A stretch of 64,000 bases of DNA from Candidatus Omnitrophota bacterium (GTDB lineage Bacteria > Omnitrophota > Gorgyraeia > Zapsychrales > Fredricksoniimonadaceae), in the NCBI GenBank assembly GCA_028870995.1, contig JAGWOI010000001.1, positions 100,782-164,781 on the forward strand, read 5' to 3'. The translations under genes and the position numbers were made by a program. Position 1 is the first letter of the stretch, and each line of letters begins with the position of its first letter. Below are positions 37,994-47,121 of the stretch, piece by piece. Below the pieces are notes generated by a model. That model was not told where the DNA came from, searched no databases, and saw only the letters and a list, made by a program, of their open reading frames with translations.

Positions 37994-39112
37994 ATGCAGA
38001 ATTCAAAGAATGAGCTTAAGCGGCTTGAGGGAATAAAGAATGATGAAGTCCTGGTAGGCCCCCGAAGCGTTTCCATCGGGATCACCAGAATATGCAATAT
38101 TACCTGCAAATATTGTCTTGGTCAGCCTTTTGATCATCTTGATTCCAAGAATGTGGTGGATCGGCCGCCGTATATAGACATGGCCATTTTTTACAGGCTC
38201 GTGGATGATTGCTCTGAGCTTGGAGTTGAGTCCATGACCCTTTGCGGAGGCGAGCCGACCCTCCACCCGCAGATCAAGGATATGATCGCCTATGTCAGGG
38301 GCAAGGACATGCAGGTGTCCATCAATACCAATGCGACATTCAAAGAAGAATTGGTCAAGGAGTTGGGGCAGGTTGCGGCCCTTAATATCGATCTGGCGAC
38401 GCTTAAAATGGAGGATTATCAAAGTATCCAAGGAGGCACGAAACATCAGTTCAACAGGGTCCTGGCCAACATAAGCGCTGTTGCCGAGTTCAAGAAGGCG
38501 AACAAAGGTCCTGAGCTTAAGATCGTTTATGTCCTGAACAAGGATAATTTTGATCAAATTGATGAAATGATCAAATGGGCCGTCAAAACAGGCATTAACA
38601 GCATTTATTTTAAGATCATGCGGTTTAATGAAAATATCAAGGACCTGGCGATCCTTGAGCCGGATGTCGTCCGGCTTAAGAATTCCCTGCAATTGGCGCT
38701 CAAGAATGGGCTTTATAAGCATATTAAAACCAACCTCAAGGAATTGGCCCGTTTTGTTCTGGATGTCAAATTCAACAAGGAATGCGAAACCATAAATTTT
38801 TATGACTTGTTTGAAGGCGATCTCTATTTCCATGCGTCTTTCAAGGAAGGTTTCAAATGCTATTACGGCTGGTATTCCGCCGACATCGGTCCCTGGGGGC
38901 ACGTGATCCTTTGCTGTACCAACAGGATGACCTTTGTGGGCAATATCTATGAGTATTCCTTCAAAGAGATCTGGAATTCTGCTTATGCCCGGCAGATCAG
39001 GCTCACCATGAAAAATCAATTCGATATCAATAAGAATTTCTTCAAGCCTTGCCATTACTGCCCTAATGTCCATTTTAATACTACGATAGATGCGGCAACG
39101 CAGCACGGTTGA
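37994..39112 (+). CDS. Radical SAM protein with twitch/SPASM domain
   Basis: CNITCKYC, GGEPTLHP, CYYGW...LCC...EIWNS...CHYC. Confidence 0.88.
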   Translation: MQNSKNELKRLEGIKNDEVLVGPRSVSIGITRICNITCKYCLGQPFDHLDSKNVVDRPPYIDMAIFYRLVDDCSELGVESMTLCGGEPTLHPQIKDMIAYVRGKDMQVSINTNATFKEELVKELGQVAALNIDLATLKMEDYQSIQGGTKHQFNRVLANISAVAEFKKANKGPELKIVYVLNKDNFDQIDEMIKWAVKTGINSIYFKIMRFNENIKDLAILEPDVVRLKNSLQLALKNGLYKHIKTNLKELARFVLDVKFNKECETINFYDLFEGDLYFHASFKEGFKCYYGWYSADIGPWGHVILCCTNRMTFVGNIYEYSFKEIWNSAYARQIRLTMKNQFDINKNFFKPCHYCPNVHFNTTIDAATQHG

Positions 39113-39140
39113 GCCGATCAAAAGGCCGCAGGGAGGAGTT

Positions 39141-39869
39141 ATGTTCTTACGATCTGGGATATTGGCGGTTGTTCTGTTGATATCTGGTGGCATTTATTGC
39201 CAGGCCCAGGGTGTTGAAGAAGCCTCAAATCCCGGTCCGGGCGTGGATGAGCTCATCCATAAACAATTAAATTTGGCTAAATATGAGGCGGTTTTGGGCG
39301 ATTTGTCGTCATGTGCAGGAGATCCGGGCTGTATCGCCGATGCGGCATTCATTAAGAATACGGCTTGCGCCGCTGCCGCGTGCAGGCAGGGTAAGGATCC
39401 CGTTGATTGTTTCAGTTCCAATGAAATTTCCTATAATTCCATGCCACAAAAGGCAAGGATCATGGATTCGATATGCGCCTGGATAAAATCGCCAAGCCCA
39501 GAAACAAGGCAAGCGGTCTTACAGCAGATTCCCAATGCGACGGATCGTGATTTGGCGGGGCAGCAGGCGTATCTTGCGGCCCTGCAAGGGTCTGCCGAGA
39601 AATGCCAGGACATTGTTAAGAATTATATCGGCCCCTACGGCCCGGCATGGACGACAGAGTTGTACGTAACCTTATCCGGCTGCCGCATCCTTGCCAAGGA
39701 GACGACAGTTCAAGAGGAAGAAAGAAGTTTTCTGATATGGTTTGAGGTCTCGCAGGGGAAGGGGCAGTGCGCCGATATCCCTATTCCTGAGATGCAAAAA
39801 GCATGCAGTTCTCCGGGAGCTGTGGTTTTATTACGGGGCACAGACCAATACAGCCCTGTTAACCAATAA
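39141..39869 (+). CDS. Secreted cysteine-rich hypothetical protein
   Basis: GGAGG RBS; signal peptide MFLRSGILAVVLLISGGIYCQA; about a dozen Cys in helical repeats. Confidence 0.65.
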   Translation: MFLRSGILAVVLLISGGIYCQAQGVEEASNPGPGVDELIHKQLNLAKYEAVLGDLSSCAGDPGCIADAAFIKNTACAAAACRQGKDPVDCFSSNEISYNSMPQKARIMDSICAWIKSPSPETRQAVLQQIPNATDRDLAGQQAYLAALQGSAEKCQDIVKNYIGPYGPAWTTELYVTLSGCRILAKETTVQEEERSFLIWFEVSQGKGQCADIPIPEMQKACSSPGAVVLLRGTDQYSPVNQ

Positions 39870-41306
39870 ATGAAATCCCTGACCTGGAAAGCGAAAGAGC
39901 CGTACATTGTTTTAACTCTTTTTATCATCGGATTCTTTATAAGGCTTTACCGCATTGATGCCCCAGGTTTATGTGATTTTGAAATAATTACCGCCCTGCG
40001 GGTCCACCAACCGTTCTGGAACACCATCTTTCTTGCCGGTGAATCGACATTCCCGCCGCTTTATTATATCTTTCAAAATTTATGGGTGCACGTGTTTGGG
40101 GCAAGTGAATGGGCATTAAGGTTCCCGTCAGCCGTTTTTTCCAGTTTGACCATTATTGCCGTTTATAAGCTGGGATCCGAACTTATTGGTAAAAAGGCCG
40201 GCCTTATAGCCTGCGCCTTAATGGTTTTTTCGCCTTTTGCCGTTAATTATGCGCAAATGGCAAAGATGTATTCATTGTTCTGGCTATTTTCGACGGTCAC
40301 TTTCGTATACTTTTTCCGTCTTTTCAAAAATGAAAGCAGGGGGAACTGGTTTTCTTACGCTTTTGTTTCCCTATTGAGTTGTTACACCATGTACACGGGG
40401 TTTTTACTTCTCGTGGCACAGAACCTGATGTTCTTTATGATGGGCGCAAGAAGGCAATGGAAAAGGTGGCTTTTATGCCAGGCCGTCATTATTTTATGCT
40501 GCATTCCCTGGATCGTGTTCTTCTTGAGTTCCAAGCATGTCGATTATGATTTTAACCTGCCGTACTCGGGACTTAATTATTTCACTTTTTTGGGTGAGGC
40601 ATTCGTATGGCTCATTGGTAATTACAATGACCGGGTTTGGAGCTTGAATTTCCTTTTGGATGTTTTCCTGCTGGGCTGCTTTCTGGCGGGCGCCTTAAAT
40701 CTTTATTTGAAGGAAAAGAAACTTGCCTTGAGATCAAACCACTATGGTCTTTTGATGTGGGTTGTGATCCCTATTGTTTTATATTTCATTGCGGACAGAG
40801 CATATTTGCATACCTTTAAAGATACCAGATTAAGGTACATAGGGTTTATTCAAGTTCCGTTATTCTTGATGATAGGCAGCCAAATGATCAATTTCCGCGG
40901 CTGGGCAGGGAGAATCCTCATTTCAGCGGTGTTTATCCTGGCCCTGAATAACACCTATGTGTATTTTAAAGAAAATTTAAGACTGCCTCAGCAGGATTGG
41001 CGTGTTTTGACAAGGGAATTAAGCGCGAAAGTAGGAAAGGACGATGTTGTTCTATTTTCTGATGACTATACGATGAGGGTGTTTGAATACTATGACAAAA
41101 AAGATACCGGCAGGTTTTTCGAGGTGTCTTTGGCCCATTGCTCATCGTCATTATTATCGAAGCTGGGAATTCTTAAACCCGCGACCAATTCCATCTTTAT
41201 CGTATATGGCAAACCGCAGGCCCCGCAAATGGAATTGAAGGGGTATTCTTTAACCTACCGGGATTTTCTCGGGGGCACAAACTTTCTGCAATATCAGCGC
41301 AATTAG
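39870..41306 (+). CDS. GT-C membrane glycosyltransferase (GT39/PMT/ArnT-like)
   Basis: IRLY, DFE, PPLYY, SEWALRFPS, SPFAVNYAQMAKMYS, RY, DWR; many TM helices. Confidence 0.85.
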   Translation: MKSLTWKAKEPYIVLTLFIIGFFIRLYRIDAPGLCDFEIITALRVHQPFWNTIFLAGESTFPPLYYIFQNLWVHVFGASEWALRFPSAVFSSLTIIAVYKLGSELIGKKAGLIACALMVFSPFAVNYAQMAKMYSLFWLFSTVTFVYFFRLFKNESRGNWFSYAFVSLLSCYTMYTGFLLLVAQNLMFFMMGARRQWKRWLLCQAVIILCCIPWIVFFLSSKHVDYDFNLPYSGLNYFTFLGEAFVWLIGNYNDRVWSLNFLLDVFLLGCFLAGALNLYLKEKKLALRSNHYGLLMWVVIPIVLYFIADRAYLHTFKDTRLRYIGFIQVPLFLMIGSQMINFRGWAGRILISAVFILALNNTYVYFKENLRLPQQDWRVLTRELSAKVGKDDVVLFSDDYTMRVFEYYDKKDTGRFFEVSLAHCSSSLLSKLGILKPATNSIFIVYGKPQAPQMELKGYSLTYRDFLGGTNFLQYQRN

Positions 41307-42838
41307 GCATTGTTTAAAGCAAGCCCGCTGTCCTTGGTCCGTAATAAATGCCATTTTGTCCTTAAAAGCTGGTCTATTTGCGTGTTTTCAGTGCCTATAA
41401 AAAAGTTTCTGATCAAAAAGAATAACCGCCACGGCCTGGTTATATAGGCGGTCAAATAAAACATCAAGCATAGGAAATATTGAGAGAATACTAAAAATTG
41501 CCTTCCCATCCTGGGGTTATATGTCCTGGAACTTTTGCCTGAACGCGCCAGGGAGGAATAATAGTAATCCGTGCCCCAGGTCATTCGACCTTCTTGGATC
41601 AGTTTGTTCGTATCGGCGCTGCCGGGATACGGGGCGAACATCATAAGGGCGGCATCCTGACAGCCGATCCAGGCGGCTTTGATCAAAAATAGCAACGACT
41701 GGAATTGGTCCCGCAGGGTTTCCTCGGGATGTCCGACGATCATATTGATACGCACATACATTCCCGCTTTGCAGGCAGAACGGACCGCGGAAAGAACGTT
41801 GGCCAATTTAACATTCTTTTTCATGACCCTTAATAATCTTTCTGATCCGCTCTCCGGCGCTAAAACGATGTTCCGGCATCCCGTCTTGTACATCATGCGC
41901 AGCGTTTCAAAATCCAGGGCCTCGCTACGGGTCCCGGTGGGGAGCTGCCAGGTCAGGCTGAACGGTTGTTGGGAAAGAATATCGCAAAATTCCCGTATCC
42001 ATTCTTTTCGGATGATGGAGGTAAGGTCGCAGAAATTCAGATTATTAATATTATAAGATTGGACATAGGTCTTGATTTCGTCCACGACATCAGCCGGCGG
42101 CCTGGTTATATAGCGGTTGCCCCACATGGAGGCATTTGAACAAAAAGTACAGGCGTAGGGACATCCGCGCGTGGCCAGAATAGGCATGGAACGACCCCGG
42201 TGGACCCCCCACGCGTCTTTCTTCGCAAGATAATTTTCCACCGGTATGAGATCCCAAGCGGGCCGGGGCAAGGCGTCGATATGTTGTATTCTCTTTGAGG
42301 GAGGGATGGCCTGTGAAGGCCCGCTTTTATAAGCGGCCACCCCGGGTAGGGAAGAGGTCGCTTCCCCGGACTCAAGCGCATGGATCAGTTCTATTATCTT
42401 ATGTTCTCCTTCGCCTAAAACACAATAATCAACGGCATCTGTTTCTTCAAATATCCTGTTCCAAAAAGCCGTCGCATTCTCCCCTCCCAGGATGATGATC
42501 ATGGAAGGATAACGTTTTTTGATCTTTTCGGCGATCTCACAGAGCAGGGGCCACTCGTGCAGGAACATATTTGTCATGCCGACTATGCGTGAATCAGGCG
42601 GGATGCGCTCCACAATGTCATCCGGCGACAGGCCCTGGCGTGTTAATGAATCCAGGGAACTGGGAATGGCTTCAAAGCGCTCTAGGGCCGATCCGGCCGC
42701 GTCGATGACAAAAACCTCGTGCCCTTCTTGACGGATAATAGCCGCGATATAGGCAAGCCCGATGGGCAGGCACGCGCCAAAAAAACTAAAGTTGGATTTA
42801 AGCTGCAGGATGGGGGGGCGGATCAAACAGATCTTCAT
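41303..42838 (-). CDS. B12-binding (class B) radical SAM protein
   Basis: PIGLAYIAA, LGG, GEGE, TRGCPYACTFC, APESGS, IVGHPEET; start at ATGA overlap 42838. Confidence 0.9.
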   Translation of the reverse strand: MKICLIRPPILQLKSNFSFFGACLPIGLAYIAAIIRQEGHEVFVIDAAGSALERFEAIPSSLDSLTRQGLSPDDIVERIPPDSRIVGMTNMFLHEWPLLCEIAEKIKKRYPSMIIILGGENATAFWNRIFEETDAVDYCVLGEGEHKIIELIHALESGEATSSLPGVAAYKSGPSQAIPPSKRIQHIDALPRPAWDLIPVENYLAKKDAWGVHRGRSMPILATRGCPYACTFCSNASMWGNRYITRPPADVVDEIKTYVQSYNINNLNFCDLTSIIRKEWIREFCDILSQQPFSLTWQLPTGTRSEALDFETLRMMYKTGCRNIVLAPESGSERLLRVMKKNVKLANVLSAVRSACKAGMYVRINMIVGHPEETLRDQFQSLLFLIKAAWIGCQDAALMMFAPYPGSADTNKLIQEGRMTWGTDYYYSSLARSGKSSRTYNPRMGRQFLVFSQYFLCLMFYLTAYITRPWRLFFLIRNFFIGTENTQIDQLLRTKWHLLRTKDSGLALNNA

Positions 42839-43638
42839 AGCCATTTTTTGACCTTTACTCTCCAAAAGGCGCGCATAAAGACCGCCAGTATCAATATAGA
42901 ATCTTGAAAACGCCGTATTTGCGAGATCCCATACTCCCTGCATTTGTAATAGATGGGTATCTCCAGGACCTTCAGCTTTAGGGCAGATGCGCCCAACAAC
43001 AGGTCAATGTCCCCCCAGGGGTCCAGGGGTTCCCGGGAATCCGGTTGAACGCATATAGCATTATAATCTTTCCTGAACAGGGCTTTAATTCCCCCTAGAA
43101 CATCCGTCAGGCGGATCCCCAACAGCCATGACAGGTAAAGGGCGGAGAGCTTGTTCCCTATCAGATTTAAAACAGGCATGGCGCCTTTTTCCATGGGTAA
43201 AATTAGCCTCGAACCGCAAATCAATCCGGCTTGGCCCTCTTGAAGGGCGGCATAAAATTTTATCATATCCTCAGGCATGATCGTCAAGTCCGAATCAAAA
43301 ATGATCACGATATCCCCGATGGAATGCGCCAAACCAAGGTATACGGCGTCATTCTTGCCGGTATTGGTCTGGGTGAATAACTTAATGGTCTTGTCCGGAT
43401 AAGCCCTGATGACCCTGTTGATCTCCGCGCCGGTGCCGTCTGTCGAATGGCCTTCCACAAAGATGAATTCCTGGCTGGCTCCAAAAGAGGGGGTTCGCTT
43501 AATGATGGTCTCGATGTTATTTTTTTCATTCTTACAGGGGATTATGATCGACACACGATATTCGGGCCGCTTCCAATCCCGGTTCTTGGTAAATCCCGCC
43601 TCAGAGTCCGGCTTCGTTCGTTTTGTAAGATTTTGCAT
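42835..43638 (-). CDS. GT2 glycosyltransferase (polyprenol-phosphate sugar synthase-like)
   Basis: SIIIPCKNE, VEGHSTDGT, GK..AV, DSD, GSR, TD..G.K, REYG. Confidence 0.87.
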   Translation of the reverse strand: MQNLTKRTKPDSEAGFTKNRDWKRPEYRVSIIIPCKNEKNNIETIIKRTPSFGASQEFIFVEGHSTDGTGAEINRVIRAYPDKTIKLFTQTNTGKNDAVYLGLAHSIGDIVIIFDSDLTIMPEDMIKFYAALQEGQAGLICGSRLILPMEKGAMPVLNLIGNKLSALYLSWLLGIRLTDVLGGIKALFRKDYNAICVQPDSREPLDPWGDIDLLLGASALKLKVLEIPIYYKCREYGISQIRRFQDSILILAVFMRAFWRVKVKKWL

Positions 43639-44692
43639 TTTTTGCGCTCAAATTAAGGATATCCCGGGCGTTCTTGTCATGAAGGAGGTTTTGTTTGCAA
43701 TAGGGGCATCTGGCACAAAAGTCCTCCTCGCTGTTCTGCGGAAAAGGATTAAGCCATCGTAACCGGGTCTTCTGTGCCTGGGGGCTTTCCCATATTTCTT
43801 CCAAGGTGCTGTCATTCAAATTCCCTAAAAACGTGTACTTATTTAAACAGCAAAATCTGACGCTGTTGTCGGAATCCACATAAAGCGAGAACCAGCCTTC
43901 ATAACAGTGCGGGGGGCGGCCGGAGTCCGGGAACTTTAAGCGGTGCGCGATCTCTTTAAGATTATGTTTGAAAGGCCAGTCTTTTTCGCTGTTGACGAGG
44001 CATAGGTGCCCTAGAAGTTCAAGGTCCTTTTGATCAGGGGACAAGAATTTGGTTTCCTCGATCGCATCGAAGAATTGAAAACGCAATCTTTGGATCCCTG
44101 CTTTTTCGGCCCATTTGAGCATCGGCTCCATCAGGGGGATGGTTTCATGGGTTAAAATAAAAATTATTTCCATGCACGGCTTCTTATATTTTTTTTCCAG
44201 GCTGACCAGAAATTTGATGTTCCTTAGGACAAGATCATACATGGCCGGATTCCTGGGGGCCTGGATCTTTATGAAACTCTCCCGGTCCGGAGAACAAAAA
44301 TTAACAGTCGTCCTTGCTATTTTTGATATAGAGGGCGCATCCTGCCGCGAGAAGGTGGCGTTGGTAAGCAGATCGATGGCAATGTTTCTGGACGAAAATT
44401 CGGAGACGATGTCCCGAAAATGAGGATGGCTTGTCGGCTCGCCGCGGCCGATAAGGGTGATTTCCCTGACGTTCCAGCGCGTGGCGGCTTCGGCTATCCG
44501 GCGGATCAAGGCCATGCTCATGGCCTTTTGCCGGGGTTCCTGTTTTTTAATCAAATAGGACAGGGTGTAACAAAAGGAACATCTTAAGGGGCATTCGGAG
44601 ATGATGTTAAGCAGGATCCTCTCCGGCCCCGCCAGAAGTTTTTGCTGGGCCGCACCGATGATGCGTAAATGATCCGGCGATAAAGAGTCCAT
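43601..44692 (-). CDS. Radical SAM protein with twitch/SPASM domain
   Basis: CPLRCSFC, GEPTSHP, CYEGW...FCC...EEIWES...CARC. Confidence 0.88.
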   Translation of the reverse strand: MDSLSPDHLRIIGAAQQKLLAGPERILLNIISECPLRCSFCYTLSYLIKKQEPRQKAMSMALIRRIAEAATRWNVREITLIGRGEPTSHPHFRDIVSEFSSRNIAIDLLTNATFSRQDAPSISKIARTTVNFCSPDRESFIKIQAPRNPAMYDLVLRNIKFLVSLEKKYKKPCMEIIFILTHETIPLMEPMLKWAEKAGIQRLRFQFFDAIEETKFLSPDQKDLELLGHLCLVNSEKDWPFKHNLKEIAHRLKFPDSGRPPHCYEGWFSLYVDSDNSVRFCCLNKYTFLGNLNDSTLEEIWESPQAQKTRLRWLNPFPQNSEEDFCARCPYCKQNLLHDKNARDILNLSAKNAKSYKTNEAGL

Positions 44693-44701
44693 CGCTTAAC
44701 C

Positions 44702-45973
44702 TTAATTATTCATGAGGACTTTACATTTTTTATGCAGGTCGCTCAGTTGGGCGTAATCTTCGTAGCTATTGACGCAAGGCCATAACCAGGGATGGAGATT
44801 TTCAAGGCCTTTATGCGCAATATCTTCACGGCAATTCATATATTCCGTCGTGCCGGGAATGGGCGTAAAGGGCATTAATTCCGGACGGCATCCGGCGTTC
44901 AAGACATCCAGGACCGTGTCTTTAACATCCTTCACGTTCTGGTTTGGCATCCCGGCCAGGATAAAGGCATTGGCCAATATCCCCGCCTTTTTGATCGATT
45001 TCATTATCCTCTGGAAGGCGGGCAATTTATGCACGGAGTGGAATCTTTTGACGGCCGTTTCCCGGTTGTTGGTTTCAACAGATAATGACAGGCGGTTGAC
45101 ACCCGCCATTTTCATTTTAACGAGCAGCGCCTCACTTAGTAAGTTGGGATTCACCCCTTCGGGAAAGGACAAATTAATCTTAATTTTTCTAATGATGATG
45201 AGGTTCAGGAAGCGTTCAAAATGTTCCTTGGGGTTGACCAGGATGCTGGATTCCCACATGGCGACTTTTTTGATCTGGTATTTGTCGATATTTTCCTGGA
45301 TTTCATCGACGGCATCTTCAGGATCGCGCCAGCGCATCGCATTCCCTTCAAGCACATGGACCGCACAATAACTGCATTTGCTCGGGCACCCGCGGCTTAT
45401 TTTCAGGATCATATAATTGGGGGGAGGTTCCAGCAAATCAAGGGCCAGACGGCTGTGGTTCGTGGCGTTCAATTCTCCGATATAAAGTTCGGCCCCCGAC
45501 GTTTTGGCGTGGTCGGGACACAGGGTCGGATAAATGCCTCCCATGGTGATCTTGGCGGACGGAAATGTTTCCCTGCAGATTTTAATGACTTCGTGGACGG
45601 ATTCCCATTGATAAGTAAAGAATGAGGTCACGTAGATCTCGTCCGGTTTTTCCTGCTGTTTTAATTTCTGCCGGATCTCTTCAAAAGGCGTTCCTATGTG
45701 GAATAGGGGGCTGAATATTTCCTTGTCCTTGAAGTTTCCGACCCGCCTTTTGCCGATCTGGTGCCTCTCGGCCGCTTCATCGTATTTGATGTCGCCGGCA
45801 CAGTTTATCAATGAAACGTCATGGCCCTGGTCCCTGAAATAGGAGGCCATACGCAATAAAGCAACAGGAAAAAATGCCGTCATGTTCTCAATCCAGATGC
45901 CCATGTCATCGAAATTCTCGGGCCAGACTTCATACCTGGGAGGATTGATCAAAAGGATACGCTTTTTTATCAT
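44702..45973 (-). CDS. B12-binding radical SAM protein
   Basis: LLINPP, P.ALL, GGIYPTL, SRGCPSKCSYC, FTPIPGT. Confidence 0.88.
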   Translation of the reverse strand: MIKKRILLINPPRYEVWPENFDDMGIWIENMTAFFPVALLRMASYFRDQGHDVSLINCAGDIKYDEAAERHQIGKRRVGNFKDKEIFSPLFHIGTPFEEIRQKLKQQEKPDEIYVTSFFTYQWESVHEVIKICRETFPSAKITMGGIYPTLCPDHAKTSGAELYIGELNATNHSRLALDLLEPPPNYMILKISRGCPSKCSYCAVHVLEGNAMRWRDPEDAVDEIQENIDKYQIKKVAMWESSILVNPKEHFERFLNLIIIRKIKINLSFPEGVNPNLLSEALLVKMKMAGVNRLSLSVETNNRETAVKRFHSVHKLPAFQRIMKSIKKAGILANAFILAGMPNQNVKDVKDTVLDVLNAGCRPELMPFTPIPGTTEYMNCREDIAHKGLENLHPWLWPCVNSYEDYAQLSDLHKKCKVLMNN

Positions 45974-46154
45974 CTTTTTTCCTGTGAGCTGAAGACCTTC
46001 TACCGTCGATTATATAGCTGTTGGTTTTTAATACAAGAATAATCTCACTCGATGTTGGCTCTAAAAAAGCAATTCATTCAAGGGAAACATGTTACAATAA
46101 ATATACCATATTCAAAGCGGCAAGGACTTAAAAAGGACATTAAATCGAGGGGGT

Positions 46155-47039
46155 TTGATCATTGATCCTATAAATTTCAGCAGTCAGCTTCTAGTCCTTC
46201 TCCTGGGCCTTGTGACGAGCTATACCGATATTACCGAAAAGAAGATCAAGAATGTTCATCTGATCGTCATTGGCGCTGCGGCTGTAGCCTTGGGGTTGAT
46301 GCAGGCGCCACCGCATCCGGCATCGGCGCCCGATACTTTCGTGAATGTGCTGGTGGCTTCTGCCATCGGCATTCCGCTTTTTATTTCCCGTATGTGGCGT
46401 GGCGGGGATGTCAAATTGTTCATTGTGTATTCCCTCCTGATGCCGGCGACGGGGCAGGAGGGCGTTTTTTTGGCCAGCCCGGTCGTTCTATTCATCAGCA
46501 GCTTTCTTGCGGCACTGATGATTGTCCTTCCTTTTGAAATTTACGAAGTTTTTTGGACCAACAGGCTTTCCCTTAAATCAAAGGAAATTTATTGGGACAA
46601 CATAAAACTCGCGTTCTTGGGGTTCGCCTCGTTCAATTGGATAATATTCTCCTTTTTTTACAAATTGAAATTCTTTAAATACCCTCTGGTGGTGGCGGTG
46701 TTCTCGGTCCTGTTGTTCCCGTTCCTCAACCGATGGGTCATGAAATGGGCTCAAAACGCGCTCGGCCACTGGAGGAATATTATTATGCTGGCGGTCATGG
46801 CCGGGTTTATCATTCATCTTTTATTTATCCCCAGGGAATTCTTCTGGACCGAGCTGGGACGCTCGGTCAGGTCCATCTTCATCTTCAGCACGATTTTTTT
46901 TATTTTTAAGTGTGCGATCGACAAGGCCAATGTATCCAAAGAAAGGATGCCGTTTGCCCCTATGCTCATGATAGGCTATTACGCGAGTTATACGGGTTTT
47001 TTGAAGAAGGTCGCATCGCTGATCATGTGGATGAGATAA
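46155..47039 (+). CDS. Peptidase A24 prepilin/preflagellin peptidase (PibD/FlaK/TadV-like)
   Basis: YTD...KIKN and GGDVKL catalytic Asp motifs; C-terminal MPFAP; polytopic; no N-terminal Cys methylase domain. Confidence 0.85.
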   Translation: MIIDPINFSSQLLVLLLGLVTSYTDITEKKIKNVHLIVIGAAAVALGLMQAPPHPASAPDTFVNVLVASAIGIPLFISRMWRGGDVKLFIVYSLLMPATGQEGVFLASPVVLFISSFLAALMIVLPFEIYEVFWTNRLSLKSKEIYWDNIKLAFLGFASFNWIIFSFFYKLKFFKYPLVVAVFSVLLFPFLNRWVMKWAQNALGHWRNIIMLAVMAGFIIHLLFIPREFFWTELGRSVRSIFIFSTIFFIFKCAIDKANVSKERMPFAPMLMIGYYASYTGFLKKVASLIMWMR

Positions 47040-47121
47040 AATGTTGGTTGGAGGGGGCTTTTTAAGCTGGTATACTATGACCATAATGACCATTTCAGGG
47101 ATTTAAGCGACAGGAGGTGTA

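Noticed and set aside
38003-39193. 396-aa minus-strand ORF
   Set aside because: It is fully antisense to a motif-complete radical SAM gene.
42839-42943. Extended N-terminus of the B12 radical SAM ORF
   Set aside because: It overlaps the GT2 gene; the ATGA-coupled start at 42838 is more plausible.
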